Assembly: GCA_937996685.1 (NCBI GenBank)
Contig: CALKUP010000002.1
Coordinates: 113,066-177,065, forward strand
Direction: 5' to 3'
DNA from: an uncultured bacterium
GTDB taxonomy: Bacteria > Patescibacteriota > Patescibacteriia > UBA9570 > XYC2-FULL-38-9
Length of the DNA: 64,000 bases
Shown here: one piece after another, positions 18,791-28,357 of the stretch
How the letters are laid out: every line of letters begins with the position of its first letter
Numbering within the stretch: position 1 is the stretch's first letter
Program-made: the position numbers and the translations under genes
The notes under the pieces: model-generated
Told to the model about the DNA's origin: nothing
Database searches by the model: none
Seen by the model: only the letters and a program-made list of their open reading frames with translations

Positions 18791-21202
18791 ATGTCACATG
18801 AACTCACTGGTTTGCGTCAAAAAGTCTTCTTAGATCGATATGCGCGGAAAGATGAAAAGGGGAATCCGATTGAAAAAAGCCCCAAAGAAATGTGGAAACG
18901 GGTAGCAAAAGCCATTGCCGAAAATGAAGCAGAAGACGTTCGTCCACAGTGGGAACAAAAATTTTATTCAGCACTCGAAGAATTTAAATTCGTGCCAGGT
19001 GGTCGTATTTTGACCGGTGCGGGTGTTGATCATGAATTGACATTTTATAATTGCTATGTGATTCCGTCTCCAGAAGATAGTCGGGGCGGTATTTTTGATT
19101 CCGTACGTACGATGGTGGAAATCATGTCTCGCGGTGGTGGCGTTGGTGTGAATTTATCATCAATTCGGCCGCGTGGTGCGCATGTCAAAGGCGTGAGCGG
19201 AACAGCCTCTGGTTCAGTGTCATTTGGTGGTCTCTATTCATTTGCAACCGGTCTTGTGATTCAAGGCGGGAGTCGTCGTGGAGCGTTGATGCTGATGTTG
19301 AATGATGATCATCCAGATATCGAGGAGTTTATCACCGTGAAGCGCACAATGGGCCTGATTACAAATGCGAATTTATCTGTGGCAGTTTCGGATCGTTTTA
19401 TGGAAGCAGTCGAGGCTGATGCAGATTGGGATTTGCAATGGCATGGCAAGGTCTACAAAACAGTGAAGGCTTCCTATTTGTGGAATTTGATTTGCGAAAG
19501 TGCGTGGGCATCTGGCGAGCCGGGTGTTGTGTTCATGGAGCGATATAACAAAGAATCCAATAGTTGGTATTTTGAAAAAATTATTTCTGTGAACCCGTGT
19601 GGTGAGCAAGGTTTGGGTGCGTGGAATGTGTGCAATCTCGGAGCGATTAATCTCTCTGCGTTTGTGGATGATTACGGCGTGATTGACCGTGAAGGGTTGC
19701 AAGAGACGATTCGGACAGCAGTGCGGTTTTTGGATAATGTAATTGATACAACTCCATATTTTTTCCCAGAAAATAAAGAAGCGCAATCGAATATTCGACG
19801 CACAGGTCTTGGAACAATGGGCTTGGCTGACGCGTTGATTAAAGCGAAAATTCCATACGGCTCTGCAGAAGCGGTTGCGTGGTGTGATGATATCTACAGC
19901 ATGATTCGAGATGAGGCGTATCGAATGAGTGCGGAAATTGCAGAAGAGAAAGGCGCGTTTCCAAAGTTTGATCGCGAGAAGTTTTTGCAAGGTCGTTTCA
20001 TCCAGCGGTTGCCGGAAGATATTCGAGAGTTGATTTCAGAGCATGGAATCCGTAATGGCATGTTGCTCACACAAGCACCAACTGGAACAACCAGTATTTT
20101 AGCCGGTGTGTCATCAGGCATCGAACCAGTCTATGATTTTGCATTTAAACGCAAAGATCGGTTAGGTGAACACATTGTCTATCATCCATTATACGAACAA
20201 TGGAAAAAGCATAATCCTGAAGCAACCGATGACAAACGTCCACCGCATTTTGTGTCCGCCAAAGAATTGTCTCCATTGGAGCATGTGCAAATGCAGGCAG
20301 TCGCGCAAACGTACACTGATTCATCTATTAGTAAAACAGTGAACGCGCCAAATGATCACACAGTTGAGCAAGTGAAAGAGTTGTATATGCAAGCCTATAA
20401 AATGGGTTGCAAAGGCATTGCATATTATCGAGACGGATCACGTGATGTCTCTGTGCTTGAGTCACTTGATGCGAAGCCAAAAGTAGCCGAGGCAGTTACA
20501 GTACCTGAAGAAAAGGCGCAAACAGTGAAAGTTCCAGTTGAGGCAGCAAGTGCTGTGCAGCAGAGCGCGCCACAGTTGCCGTCAATGCCGACTCCAGCAC
20601 CGCGTCCGGACGTCGTGGCTGGCGCGACCTATAAAGTGAAAACAGGCTACGGCACAATGTATGTCACGATTAATCACGATGAAGCCGGTAAGCCATTTGA
20701 GGTGTTTGCAACGATTGGAAAAGCCGGCGGCGTGTTTCAAGAAGAGTCAGAAGCGATTTGTCGTTTGATTTCATTGTCATTGCGATCAGGAATTTCTGTT
20801 GAAGCAGTAATTGATCAAATCAAAGGCATTCGTGGTCCAATGCCGACATGGACGAAAAACGGGCAAGTCCTCAGCGTTCCAGATGGCATTGCGCAAATTT
20901 TGCAACAACATCAAGCCAGTGCGAATCCACAATTACAGCTGCAGTTTGCCAGTAGTGCAAAACAGTTGTCAGGGAACGGAAAAGACCGTAGTGCAACAAC
21001 AGTTGCTGCTGCTGATACTGACGCTCCGACATCGTCTGCGGTTGCAGAGCAAGCACATGAGGCCGCTCCAGTGATGCCAACAAAACAACCGTCGATTGCG
21101 GATTCTGGGTTTGCGCCAGAGTGTCCAGAATGTAGTGCGACGTTGACATTGCAAGAAGGGTGCATGACCTGTTTTTCATGCGGATATAGTAAGTGCGCGT
21201 AA
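18791..21202 (+). CDS. nrdJ: Adenosylcobalamin-dependent (class II) ribonucleotide reductase with TSCPD domain and C-terminal Zn ribbon
   Basis: NCYV, GGGVG, RRGA, NPCGEQ, APTGT, SKTVN, YRDGSR, CPEC..EGC..C..CGYSKC; no NrdB adjacent; cobO adjacent. Confidence 0.93.
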   Translation: MSHELTGLRQKVFLDRYARKDEKGNPIEKSPKEMWKRVAKAIAENEAEDVRPQWEQKFYSALEEFKFVPGGRILTGAGVDHELTFYNCYVIPSPEDSRGGIFDSVRTMVEIMSRGGGVGVNLSSIRPRGAHVKGVSGTASGSVSFGGLYSFATGLVIQGGSRRGALMLMLNDDHPDIEEFITVKRTMGLITNANLSVAVSDRFMEAVEADADWDLQWHGKVYKTVKASYLWNLICESAWASGEPGVVFMERYNKESNSWYFEKIISVNPCGEQGLGAWNVCNLGAINLSAFVDDYGVIDREGLQETIRTAVRFLDNVIDTTPYFFPENKEAQSNIRRTGLGTMGLADALIKAKIPYGSAEAVAWCDDIYSMIRDEAYRMSAEIAEEKGAFPKFDREKFLQGRFIQRLPEDIRELISEHGIRNGMLLTQAPTGTTSILAGVSSGIEPVYDFAFKRKDRLGEHIVYHPLYEQWKKHNPEATDDKRPPHFVSAKELSPLEHVQMQAVAQTYTDSSISKTVNAPNDHTVEQVKELYMQAYKMGCKGIAYYRDGSRDVSVLESLDAKPKVAEAVTVPEEKAQTVKVPVEAASAVQQSAPQLPSMPTPAPRPDVVAGATYKVKTGYGTMYVTINHDEAGKPFEVFATIGKAGGVFQEESEAICRLISLSLRSGISVEAVIDQIKGIRGPMPTWTKNGQVLSVPDGIAQILQQHQASANPQLQLQFASSAKQLSGNGKDRSATTVAAADTDAPTSSAVAEQAHEAAPVMPTKQPSIADSGFAPECPECSATLTLQEGCMTCFSCGYSKCA

Positions 21203-21211
21203 TACACGAAT

Positions 21212-22213
21212 ATGGATATAGATACAGTACTGAGCGATGTGCGCGCCATCATCGGCGATCAGCGCGCGTTGCTTTATGAAAAAGAGTTAGCGACATTACC
21301 GACACATCGAGAGGTGTTGCATGCGGCGATCGCACGATTACCAAAAGAGCATACGATTCTGTTTGTTGATAATTCAATTCCGTTAACGGACGCAGAGCAA
21401 GCAGCGCGCAGTGTGGTGAGTAAAGCGCAACACGCAGCGCATGCGATTTCGGAATGTACAACGCCCGGAAACACGAACACCGCGCAACGCTTAAAAAGCA
21501 TGTTTGGATATGAAGACGAGTCAGATCCGCGCGCAGTCGTGTGGCACGCGCCATTTGAAACACCGGTGATTTCCTTGGATAACGTGGATGCAATTATTTT
21601 GTCAGGCTCGGGTGCGATGGTGACAAGCTGGGAGTCGACAGATTGGATGCAGCGTGAAATGGCTGTGATTCGTGAAGCGGTTGAACGCAAGATTCCAATT
21701 CTCGGGATCTGTTTTGGTCATCAAATTATGGCGCAAGCGCTCGGTGGTCGAGTTGATTGGCTCACTGATGTGACAGGGCAACGATTTATGGAAATCGGCC
21801 CAACCACAGCACAGCTGACAGAGGCTGGAATGAGCGATCCGTTATTTGCTGGATTTGATGCGTCGTTCACGGTTCAGGCGACACATTCGCAAGAGGTCGT
21901 TGAGATTGCTCCTGAGGCAATTCTTCTCGCGACAAACGAGGCAAGTCCAATGCAGGCATTGCGTTATGGCACCAATCCTGCCTGGTCATTGCAAAATCAT
22001 CCAGAAAACTCACAAATTTTAATGGATATTCGGATTCATGAAATGGAACAACTGTTGACTGAGCGATTCGAGAAGCTGCCGAAAGAAACCGCTGCTCTGT
22101 TGGGATATGGCTCATTTTCGGAGTTGGTGCGTCGCTTGGAAGAAATGGACACGACCGCCGCAAAAACCCAGATATTTGCCAATTTCATCAATTTTGTGGC
22201 AGACTACAGATAA
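21212..22213 (+). CDS. Class I glutamine amidotransferase-like protein with N-terminal extension
   Basis: ILSGSG, LGICFGHQ nucleophile, QNHPE. Confidence 0.88.
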   Translation: MDIDTVLSDVRAIIGDQRALLYEKELATLPTHREVLHAAIARLPKEHTILFVDNSIPLTDAEQAARSVVSKAQHAAHAISECTTPGNTNTAQRLKSMFGYEDESDPRAVVWHAPFETPVISLDNVDAIILSGSGAMVTSWESTDWMQREMAVIREAVERKIPILGICFGHQIMAQALGGRVDWLTDVTGQRFMEIGPTTAQLTEAGMSDPLFAGFDASFTVQATHSQEVVEIAPEAILLATNEASPMQALRYGTNPAWSLQNHPENSQILMDIRIHEMEQLLTERFEKLPKETAALLGYGSFSELVRRLEEMDTTAAKTQIFANFINFVADYR

Positions 22214-22233
22214 TTGATTTATTAGTATCATAT

Positions 22234-22803
22234 ATGAAAGAGATGTATTCCCAGAAAAAACTGTTTTTTGCTATCGGATTGATTGCCGTCGGCATTGTGA
22301 CCCGTTATCTATTGCGTGATATCCCAAATGTGGAAACAATCACCGCAGTGACAATTGTTGCTGGAAGTCTTCTCGGTGGTGTCTGGGGAATGATTGTTGG
22401 TGTCGCGACAGTGGCTGGTTCGGATATGTTTATCGGCAACACATCAATTTTGTATTACACATGGTCTGCGTGGGCAATGGTTGGTGCTGTGTCGTTGATG
22501 ACGCGTCTGTTTTCGACAACACGCACATCGCGTCGTGTATTGGCAATGACTGGTGTTGGACTTGTTTCAAACCTCGTATTTTTCGCATGGACAAACTTCG
22601 GTGTTTGGCATATTGGCGGTCTCTATCCGCATACTGGTGCAGGTCTGTTGGAATCATATATCATGGCGCTGCCATTTTTGCGTAATCAATTACTCAGTAC
22701 GGTTGTGTTTGTTCCAGCGTTCGGCGCCGCAGCAATTGCGTTGTGGAATGCACAATCAGTTCGCAGAGAGCGCGTTGCCGCTGTCGTAGCAACTCGCCAA
22801 TAA
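22234..22803 (+). CDS. Putative ECF-type S-component (CbrT/DUF6580-like), candidate cobamide transporter
   Basis: About 6 TM, 189 aa; R..IPNVETIT, SDMFIG, TNFGVW...YP...LPF motifs; located in the cobO/nrdJ cluster. Confidence 0.7.
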   Translation: MKEMYSQKKLFFAIGLIAVGIVTRYLLRDIPNVETITAVTIVAGSLLGGVWGMIVGVATVAGSDMFIGNTSILYYTWSAWAMVGAVSLMTRLFSTTRTSRRVLAMTGVGLVSNLVFFAWTNFGVWHIGGLYPHTGAGLLESYIMALPFLRNQLLSTVVFVPAFGAAAIALWNAQSVRRERVAAVVATRQ

Positions 22804-22810
22804 TAGCGTT

Positions 22811-23260
22811 ATGGAAGTAACACTTGATACGATTTTTGGTGAGGTATTGGAAGAATATCCAGAAACAGAAGAAGTGTTAAAAAATTACATGGGTGAGGCA
22901 TATTGTTTAACCTGCCCTGGAAAAATGTTTGATACCATCGGCAATGGTGTATTGTTGCATGGACTGTCAGATCAAATGACGCAATGGTTAATGGAAGATT
23001 TGCAACAAGTGGTTGATGCCTATGAAAACGGAACACCATTTCCGCCGCTGCGAAAGATTGATGCTGCTGGAATTGCTGAGTGGGATGGAAATTTTCAACC
23101 AGCCATTGGAACAACTCCTGCTACAGAAGTAGTGGAATCGGATGAAGCGGAAATTGATACCTCAGGAGTTGATATTGATCATATGTTTGCAGCAGCGATT
23201 AAGGAATTGGAAGCGCAGGAGAAAGAAGATGCTGCTCGTTCGACTCAAGAGCAGGCATAG
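22811..23260 (+). CDS. DUF1858-like protein (CxxCP) with acidic C-terminus
   Basis: T.DT.FGEVLEEYPE..EVL...CLTCP...TI..G..LHG. Confidence 0.65.
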   Translation: MEVTLDTIFGEVLEEYPETEEVLKNYMGEAYCLTCPGKMFDTIGNGVLLHGLSDQMTQWLMEDLQQVVDAYENGTPFPPLRKIDAAGIAEWDGNFQPAIGTTPATEVVESDEAEIDTSGVDIDHMFAAAIKELEAQEKEDAARSTQEQA

Positions 23261-23275
23261 GATATACTCCATTTC

Positions 23276-24364
23276 ATGATCGAATTACAGGAATTACAGA
23301 ACAAAGTCGCCTCAGCATGGGAGCTTTTGAAGCTTGATGCAGTGGCTTGGCAGATTGCGGAATTAGAAGCGCAGACAACTGCGGCTGGTTTTTGGGATAA
23401 TCCGCAGACAGCGCAAAAAATCACAAAACAACTTGCAGATCTGCAGCGGGATTATGAGCAATGGCGAGCGCTGAGAGATGATATCGCCTCGACAATTGAA
23501 ATGATGGCGGATGCAAAAGAGTTAGCCGACGAAGAGTTGCTTTTGGATATTAAAAAAACAGCTGCCGGGCTTGAAGCGCAATTCGCGAGCATGGAAGAAT
23601 TTGTTTTACTGGCAGGAGAGCATGACGCGCGTGATGCCTATGTGTCGTTTCATGCTGGCGCTGGCGGTGTGGATGCCCAAGATTGGGCAGAGATGTTGTA
23701 TCGGATGATTGTGAAATATTGCGAGCTCAATGATTGGAGCGTGGAGCTTATTGACGAATCAAAAGGTGGGGAAGCGGGGTTGAAGTCCGCGACATTACAT
23801 GTCACTGGGCGATATGCCTATGGCTTGCTCAAGTCTGAACACGGCACGCATCGGCTGGTGCGTATTTCACCGTTTGACGCCGAAGCCATGCGCCACACCA
23901 GTTTTGCGAATATTGAAATTGTCCCGGATTTTGGTGATGTGGAAGAGTTTGAAATTTCAGAAGCCGAGCTGCGGATTGATGTGTTTCGCTCAGGCGGCAA
24001 AGGTGGGCAAGGGGTGAACACAACCGATTCAGCGGTTCGAGTGGTGCATATTCCAACTGGAACAACAGTGGTGTGTCAAAATGAACGCTCACAACATCAA
24101 AATAAAGCAACAGCGCTCGGGATTTTGAAATCGAAACTCTATGCACTGAAAGTCGCAGAGCAAGAAGCGCAGACAGCGCGTGAGCGAGGTGAAGTGAAAT
24201 CAGCAGCCTGGGGAAATCAGATCCGGTCGTATGTGTTGCATCCATATAAAATGGTGAAAGATCATCGCACGAATTTTGAGTCCGCGCATCCGGACAAGGT
24301 CCTGGGAGGTGAGTTGAAGGAGTTTGTGAAAGCCTATTTGGAATGGATGCAGGGGATGAAATAA
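23276..24364 (+). CDS. prfB: Peptide chain release factor 2 (continuous ORF)
   Basis: SPF tripeptide, GGQ, ERSQHQNK, WGNQIRSY; TATACT at 23263-23268, 7 nt before ATG. Confidence 0.97.
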   Translation: MIELQELQNKVASAWELLKLDAVAWQIAELEAQTTAAGFWDNPQTAQKITKQLADLQRDYEQWRALRDDIASTIEMMADAKELADEELLLDIKKTAAGLEAQFASMEEFVLLAGEHDARDAYVSFHAGAGGVDAQDWAEMLYRMIVKYCELNDWSVELIDESKGGEAGLKSATLHVTGRYAYGLLKSEHGTHRLVRISPFDAEAMRHTSFANIEIVPDFGDVEEFEISEAELRIDVFRSGGKGGQGVNTTDSAVRVVHIPTGTTVVCQNERSQHQNKATALGILKSKLYALKVAEQEAQTARERGEVKSAAWGNQIRSYVLHPYKMVKDHRTNFESAHPDKVLGGELKEFVKAYLEWMQGMK

Positions 24365-24387
24365 CGATTATTTTATATAGATATAGT

Positions 24388-24834
24388 ATGACAAAAAAAA
24401 GACACCAAAACGTTCCTGCTGCGTATTTAGCACTATTCAAAGATAATAAAATTTTGCTTCTCAGACGATACAATACTGGATATGAAGATGGCAATTATTC
24501 AATGGTTGCTGGATATGTTGAACCGAATGAAACGTTTACTCAGTGTGTAATTAGAGAAGCGGAAGAAGAGGCCGGAATAGTATTAAAACCGCAAGATTTA
24601 AAAGTCGTCCATGTAATGCACAGAAATTCTAAAGCCGCTGAAGATAATGAAAGAGTTGACCTCTTTTTTACTGCTGAAAAATGGGATGGGGAGATAGTAA
24701 ATAAAGAGCCCGACAAGTGTGATGATTTATCTTGGTTTGAGGTAGATGCTATTCCTGATAATGTCATACCCTATATTAGGCAAGCAATTGAGGAAATAAA
24801 AAATAAAGTTTATTATAGCGAACATGGATGGTAA
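24388..24834 (+). CDS. NUDIX hydrolase
   Basis: Nudix box GYVEPNET..CVIREAEEEAG; EPDKC; start moved to ATG 24388. Confidence 0.9.
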   Translation: MTKKRHQNVPAAYLALFKDNKILLLRRYNTGYEDGNYSMVAGYVEPNETFTQCVIREAEEEAGIVLKPQDLKVVHVMHRNSKAAEDNERVDLFFTAEKWDGEIVNKEPDKCDDLSWFEVDAIPDNVIPYIRQAIEEIKNKVYYSEHGW

Positions 24835-24850
24835 TTGAAAACTAAAAAAT

Positions 24851-25558
24851 ATGAAAAAACCAATTACAACTTTATTCATGCTTGTTTCGGTTGATGGCAA
24901 AATTTCAACAGGAAGTAATGATACATTAGATGTTGATAAAGATTTTTCTAAAATAAAAGGACTGAAAGAAGGTCTTCAGCAATATTATGATATTGAACAG
25001 ACAACAGATTTATATTCATTAAATTCTGGAAAAGTTCAAGCGAAAGTTGGCGCAAATAAACCCCAAAAAAATATTGTAAAATTGCCGGTTAGTTTTCTAA
25101 TTATAGATAATAAACCCCACCTCAATACAATAGGAGTAGATAATTTTCTTCAGAAAAGTAAGAAGTTGTATATTATTACGACAAACAAAAATCACCCAGC
25201 TTTTCAAAGAAGGAACGCTGACAATCTGGAAATTATTTATTACGAGAAAGAAATTGATTTTGTTGATTTATTTAGGAAATTAAAAGTGGATCATGGAATT
25301 AAAAAAATGACCATTCAAACAGGTGGGACGCTTAATGCAATTTTTTTGAGAAACAAATTGATTGATAAAATTGCTATTGTAGTTGCCCCAACTGTAATTG
25401 GAGGCAAGGAAACTCCCTCTTTAATTGATGGAAAATCTTTATCTTCTGTTACGGAATTAAGTTTAATTAAAGCGCTGGAATTAACAAAGGTAAAAAAATT
25501 AAAGAATTCTTACCTGTATTTGCAATACAATGTTATTAACGACACAAAAATAAAATAA
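24851..25558 (+). CDS. RibD C-terminal / DHFR-fold reductase
   Basis: SVDGKI, TGGTLN, IDKI..VAP.VIGG..TPSL. Confidence 0.85.
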   Translation: MKKPITTLFMLVSVDGKISTGSNDTLDVDKDFSKIKGLKEGLQQYYDIEQTTDLYSLNSGKVQAKVGANKPQKNIVKLPVSFLIIDNKPHLNTIGVDNFLQKSKKLYIITTNKNHPAFQRRNADNLEIIYYEKEIDFVDLFRKLKVDHGIKKMTIQTGGTLNAIFLRNKLIDKIAIVVAPTVIGGKETPSLIDGKSLSSVTELSLIKALELTKVKKLKNSYLYLQYNVINDTKIK

Positions 25559-25562
25559 TCCT

Positions 25563-26027
25563 ATGAAATATAAACATACTCAAATCGGATATCTCACGAT
25601 TGTCGTAACTCTCGCTGTTGCGGCGCTTTTTGTGTGGGTGTATGTCGCAGCTGCCAATGAACCGCCGTCAGTTGATTCTGGTTCAAATGCTCTGGTGAGC
25701 GCTGTGATGCTTTTGATTTTCGGCGTCCTCGTTTCCTTTTGCTCTTTGCAAGTAAGGGTTGATGAAACACATCTTCGAATCAAGTTTGGATACGGCCTCT
25801 ATCAAAAAAAGTTTTTATTGCAAGACATCGCGTCTGCCAAGGCGGTGAAAAATCATTGGTATTATGGATGGGGGATAAAAGTGTGGTTCTCACCAAAGAT
25901 GTGGATTTATAGCGTGTCTGGCTTTGATGCAGTTGAAATACTATTGAACAACGGAAAGCGATATAGAATCGGGACAGATGAGCCGAAGGTATTAGAAAAA
26001 ATCATCTCTAATATTAATTTTCTATAA
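25563..26027 (+). CDS. Two-TM membrane protein with soluble beta-rich (PH-like) C-terminus
   Basis: Two TM helices, then IKFG..GWGI..AVEI..YRIGTDEP. Confidence 0.7.
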   Translation: MKYKHTQIGYLTIVVTLAVAALFVWVYVAAANEPPSVDSGSNALVSAVMLLIFGVLVSFCSLQVRVDETHLRIKFGYGLYQKKFLLQDIASAKAVKNHWYYGWGIKVWFSPKMWIYSVSGFDAVEILLNNGKRYRIGTDEPKVLEKIISNINFL

Positions 26028-26066
26028 AAAAGTACTCGCCGTTCGATTTCTCTACTAGGCGAGTAT
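26026..26066 (-). terminator. Hairpin terminator for the minus-strand orphan
   Basis: TACTCGCC (26033-26040) / GGCGAGTA (26058-26065), with an A-run on the left giving a U-tract on the minus strand. Confidence 0.55.
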
Positions 26067-26103
26067 GTGTGGACTGACAGGCTTTTATGCCTTGTGCCTG
26101 AAA

Positions 26104-26310
26104 TCAGCCTACTCTGACGAAACCGAATCTCGTGTCATACCCATATCCAACAAGCATGTTTGATGAGGTGTGGTGGACTTGAGGAGCGAGAGGGGGTTCT
26201 TCTTTGCTGTTGAGTTGCCTGAGCGCCTCCTCGATGCGCTCAGGTGATACTCCAGCCGCTTCAACCTCTTTGATGAGGGTGATCAATCTTCCCAGCTGTG
26301 CCTTCTTCAT
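26104..26310 (-). CDS. Small orphan protein (68 aa)
   Basis: AGGAG upstream of ATG, TTGACT-16-TACTAT promoter, terminator downstream. Confidence 0.65.
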   Translation of the reverse strand: MKKAQLGRLITLIKEVEAAGVSPERIEEALRQLNSKEEPPLAPQVHHTSSNMLVGYGYDTRFGFVRVG

Positions 26311-26435
26311 CCCGTTTTCTCCTGCTGCTGAATAGCAACAATAAATAGTATTCTATTTTATGGATAAGTCAAGAGTGGTAAAAAGAGTCATTTAACAGCC
26401 TCTCTAACTCTGTCTTTATGTGCTGTGTCCGATAG

Positions 26436-26464
26436 TTGATTTTTTGGTTCTATCGCCCTATACT
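26436..26464 (+). promoter_or_regulatory. glmS promoter TTGATT-17-TATACT
   Basis: Exact spacing; ATG at 26491. Confidence 0.65.
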
Positions 26465-26490
26465 ACCGCAATACTATTGATTGAAATCCT

Positions 26491-28329
26491 ATGTGCGGAA
26501 TTATTGGATATGTTGGAAAAAAGCAAGCCCAGCCGATAATCATGGACGGCTTGAAGCGGCTGGAATATCGCGGATATGACAGCGCTGGGGTTGCGATTGT
26601 GCAACCAGATGGCGCTATTGGCGTTGCGAAAAAAGCTGGCAAATTATCTGTCCTTGGCGCAGAACTTGTGGCGCACCCGATCACTGGAACAGTTGGCATT
26701 GGTCACACGCGCTGGGCAACGCATGGTGGACCAACAGATGTGAATGCGCATCCGCATGGCGATTGCAAAAATGAAGTCTTTGTGATTCACAATGGCATCA
26801 TTGAAAATTTCCGTGAATTAAAAGCGAGCCTCGAACAAGATGGTCATACGTTTGTGTCTCAGACAGACACCGAAGTTGTCGCGCATTTAATTGAACGCGC
26901 ATACACTGCAGACGTGTCACTGGAAGCGGCTGTGCAAACAGTGCTTGGGGAAATTGTCGGAGCATACGGCTTATGTGTTGTTTCGAGTCGAGAGCCGGAA
27001 AAAATTGTTGCCGCGCGTCTTGGAAGTCCCTTGATTCTTGGTTTGTTGCCGGACAATGAATATATGGTTGCGTCTGGAATGACGGCGCTGTTGCCGTACA
27101 CTCGAGAAGTGATTTATATGGAAGAGCATGAAATGGCAGTGATTACACCAGCTGGATATACACTCACAACAACTGACAACCAAGCAGTGCAACGCGAAAG
27201 TGAGCATGTTGAATGGGATCTCGCGGCTGCAGAAAAAGGTGGCTTCGATCATTACATGCTCAAAGAAATGATGGAACAACCGCAAGTCGTTGTTGACGGG
27301 ATGCGAGGACGCTTGATTCCAGAAGAAGGCATTGCACATCTTGGTGGATTTTTGGAATACGAAGATCGATGGCGTGATATTGAACGTATTATTATTGTGG
27401 CATGTGGCAGTGCGGCGATTGCGGGGCAAATTGGTGAATACATGATTGAAGAATATGCCGGTATTCCTGTTGAAGTAGAGATTGGCTCAGAGTTTCGCTA
27501 TCGCAAGCCAGTACTCAACGACAAAACAGCGGTGATTTTTGTGTCACAATCTGGGGAAACAGCCGACACGATTGCGTGCTTGCGAGAAGTGAAGCGACAA
27601 GGTGTGTTGACGTTCGGTATTGTGAATGTGGTTGGCTCGACGCTTGCGCGCGAAGTCGATGGCGGTGCGTTTATTCATGCAGGACCTGAAGTGTCTGTTG
27701 CATCGACAAAAGCGCTCATGGGAATGATGAATTTGTTCGCGCAACTGACTGTCGCGCTTGGACGCAGTCGAGGAATGAGCCTTGTGACAGGCAAGCGCAT
27801 TTTAGAAGAAATGGAAGCGTTGCCGAAGCTGATGACTGACCTGCTGAATAATCGTGATGTGATTATGGCGCTCGGGAAAAAATACGCACACTATGATCAC
27901 GCGTTTTACTTGGGTCGGAAGTACAACTTTCCAATTGCGAGCGAAGGTGCGCTCAAATTAAAGGAGCTGGCGTATGTGCACGCAGAAGCCTATCCAAGTG
28001 GTGAGCTCAAACATGGTCCACTCGCATTAGTTGATGATCGGTTTTTCACTGTTGTGATTGCGCCAAAAGATTCAGTCTACGAAAAGTCAGTCAGCAATAT
28101 TCAAGAAGTCCGCGCGCGCGGCGGAAAAATGATTGTGATTGCGACAGAAGGGGACGATTCATTACGTGACATGGCAGATGACGTGATTTTTATTCCGAAG
28201 ACATTGGAGATGCTCACACCAATGCTGGCAGTGATTCCGTTGCAATTACTTGCGTATGCAATCGCCGTTGAGCGAGGGTGTGATATTGATCAGCCGCGCA
28301 ACCTTGCAAAATCAGTCACAGTTGAATAA
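26491..28329 (+). CDS. glmS: Glutamine-fructose-6-phosphate aminotransferase
   Basis: MCGIIG, LEYRGYDS, GHTRWATHG, SQSGET, PRNLAKSVTVE. Confidence 0.99.
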   Translation: MCGIIGYVGKKQAQPIIMDGLKRLEYRGYDSAGVAIVQPDGAIGVAKKAGKLSVLGAELVAHPITGTVGIGHTRWATHGGPTDVNAHPHGDCKNEVFVIHNGIIENFRELKASLEQDGHTFVSQTDTEVVAHLIERAYTADVSLEAAVQTVLGEIVGAYGLCVVSSREPEKIVAARLGSPLILGLLPDNEYMVASGMTALLPYTREVIYMEEHEMAVITPAGYTLTTTDNQAVQRESEHVEWDLAAAEKGGFDHYMLKEMMEQPQVVVDGMRGRLIPEEGIAHLGGFLEYEDRWRDIERIIIVACGSAAIAGQIGEYMIEEYAGIPVEVEIGSEFRYRKPVLNDKTAVIFVSQSGETADTIACLREVKRQGVLTFGIVNVVGSTLAREVDGGAFIHAGPEVSVASTKALMGMMNLFAQLTVALGRSRGMSLVTGKRILEEMEALPKLMTDLLNNRDVIMALGKKYAHYDHAFYLGRKYNFPIASEGALKLKELAYVHAEAYPSGELKHGPLALVDDRFFTVVIAPKDSVYEKSVSNIQEVRARGGKMIVIATEGDDSLRDMADDVIFIPKTLEMLTPMLAVIPLQLLAYAIAVERGCDIDQPRNLAKSVTVE

Positions 28330-28357
28330 ACTAGTAGTGACACATCATTGACAAGAC

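Noticed and set aside
24365-26100. Integron cassette array
   Set aside because: Spacers of 4-23 nt are too short for attC sites, no RYYYAAC/GTTRRRY pairs were seen, and there is no integrase
26373-26490. glmS ribozyme
   Set aside because: Promoter leaves a leader of only about 20 nt and the core motifs are absent
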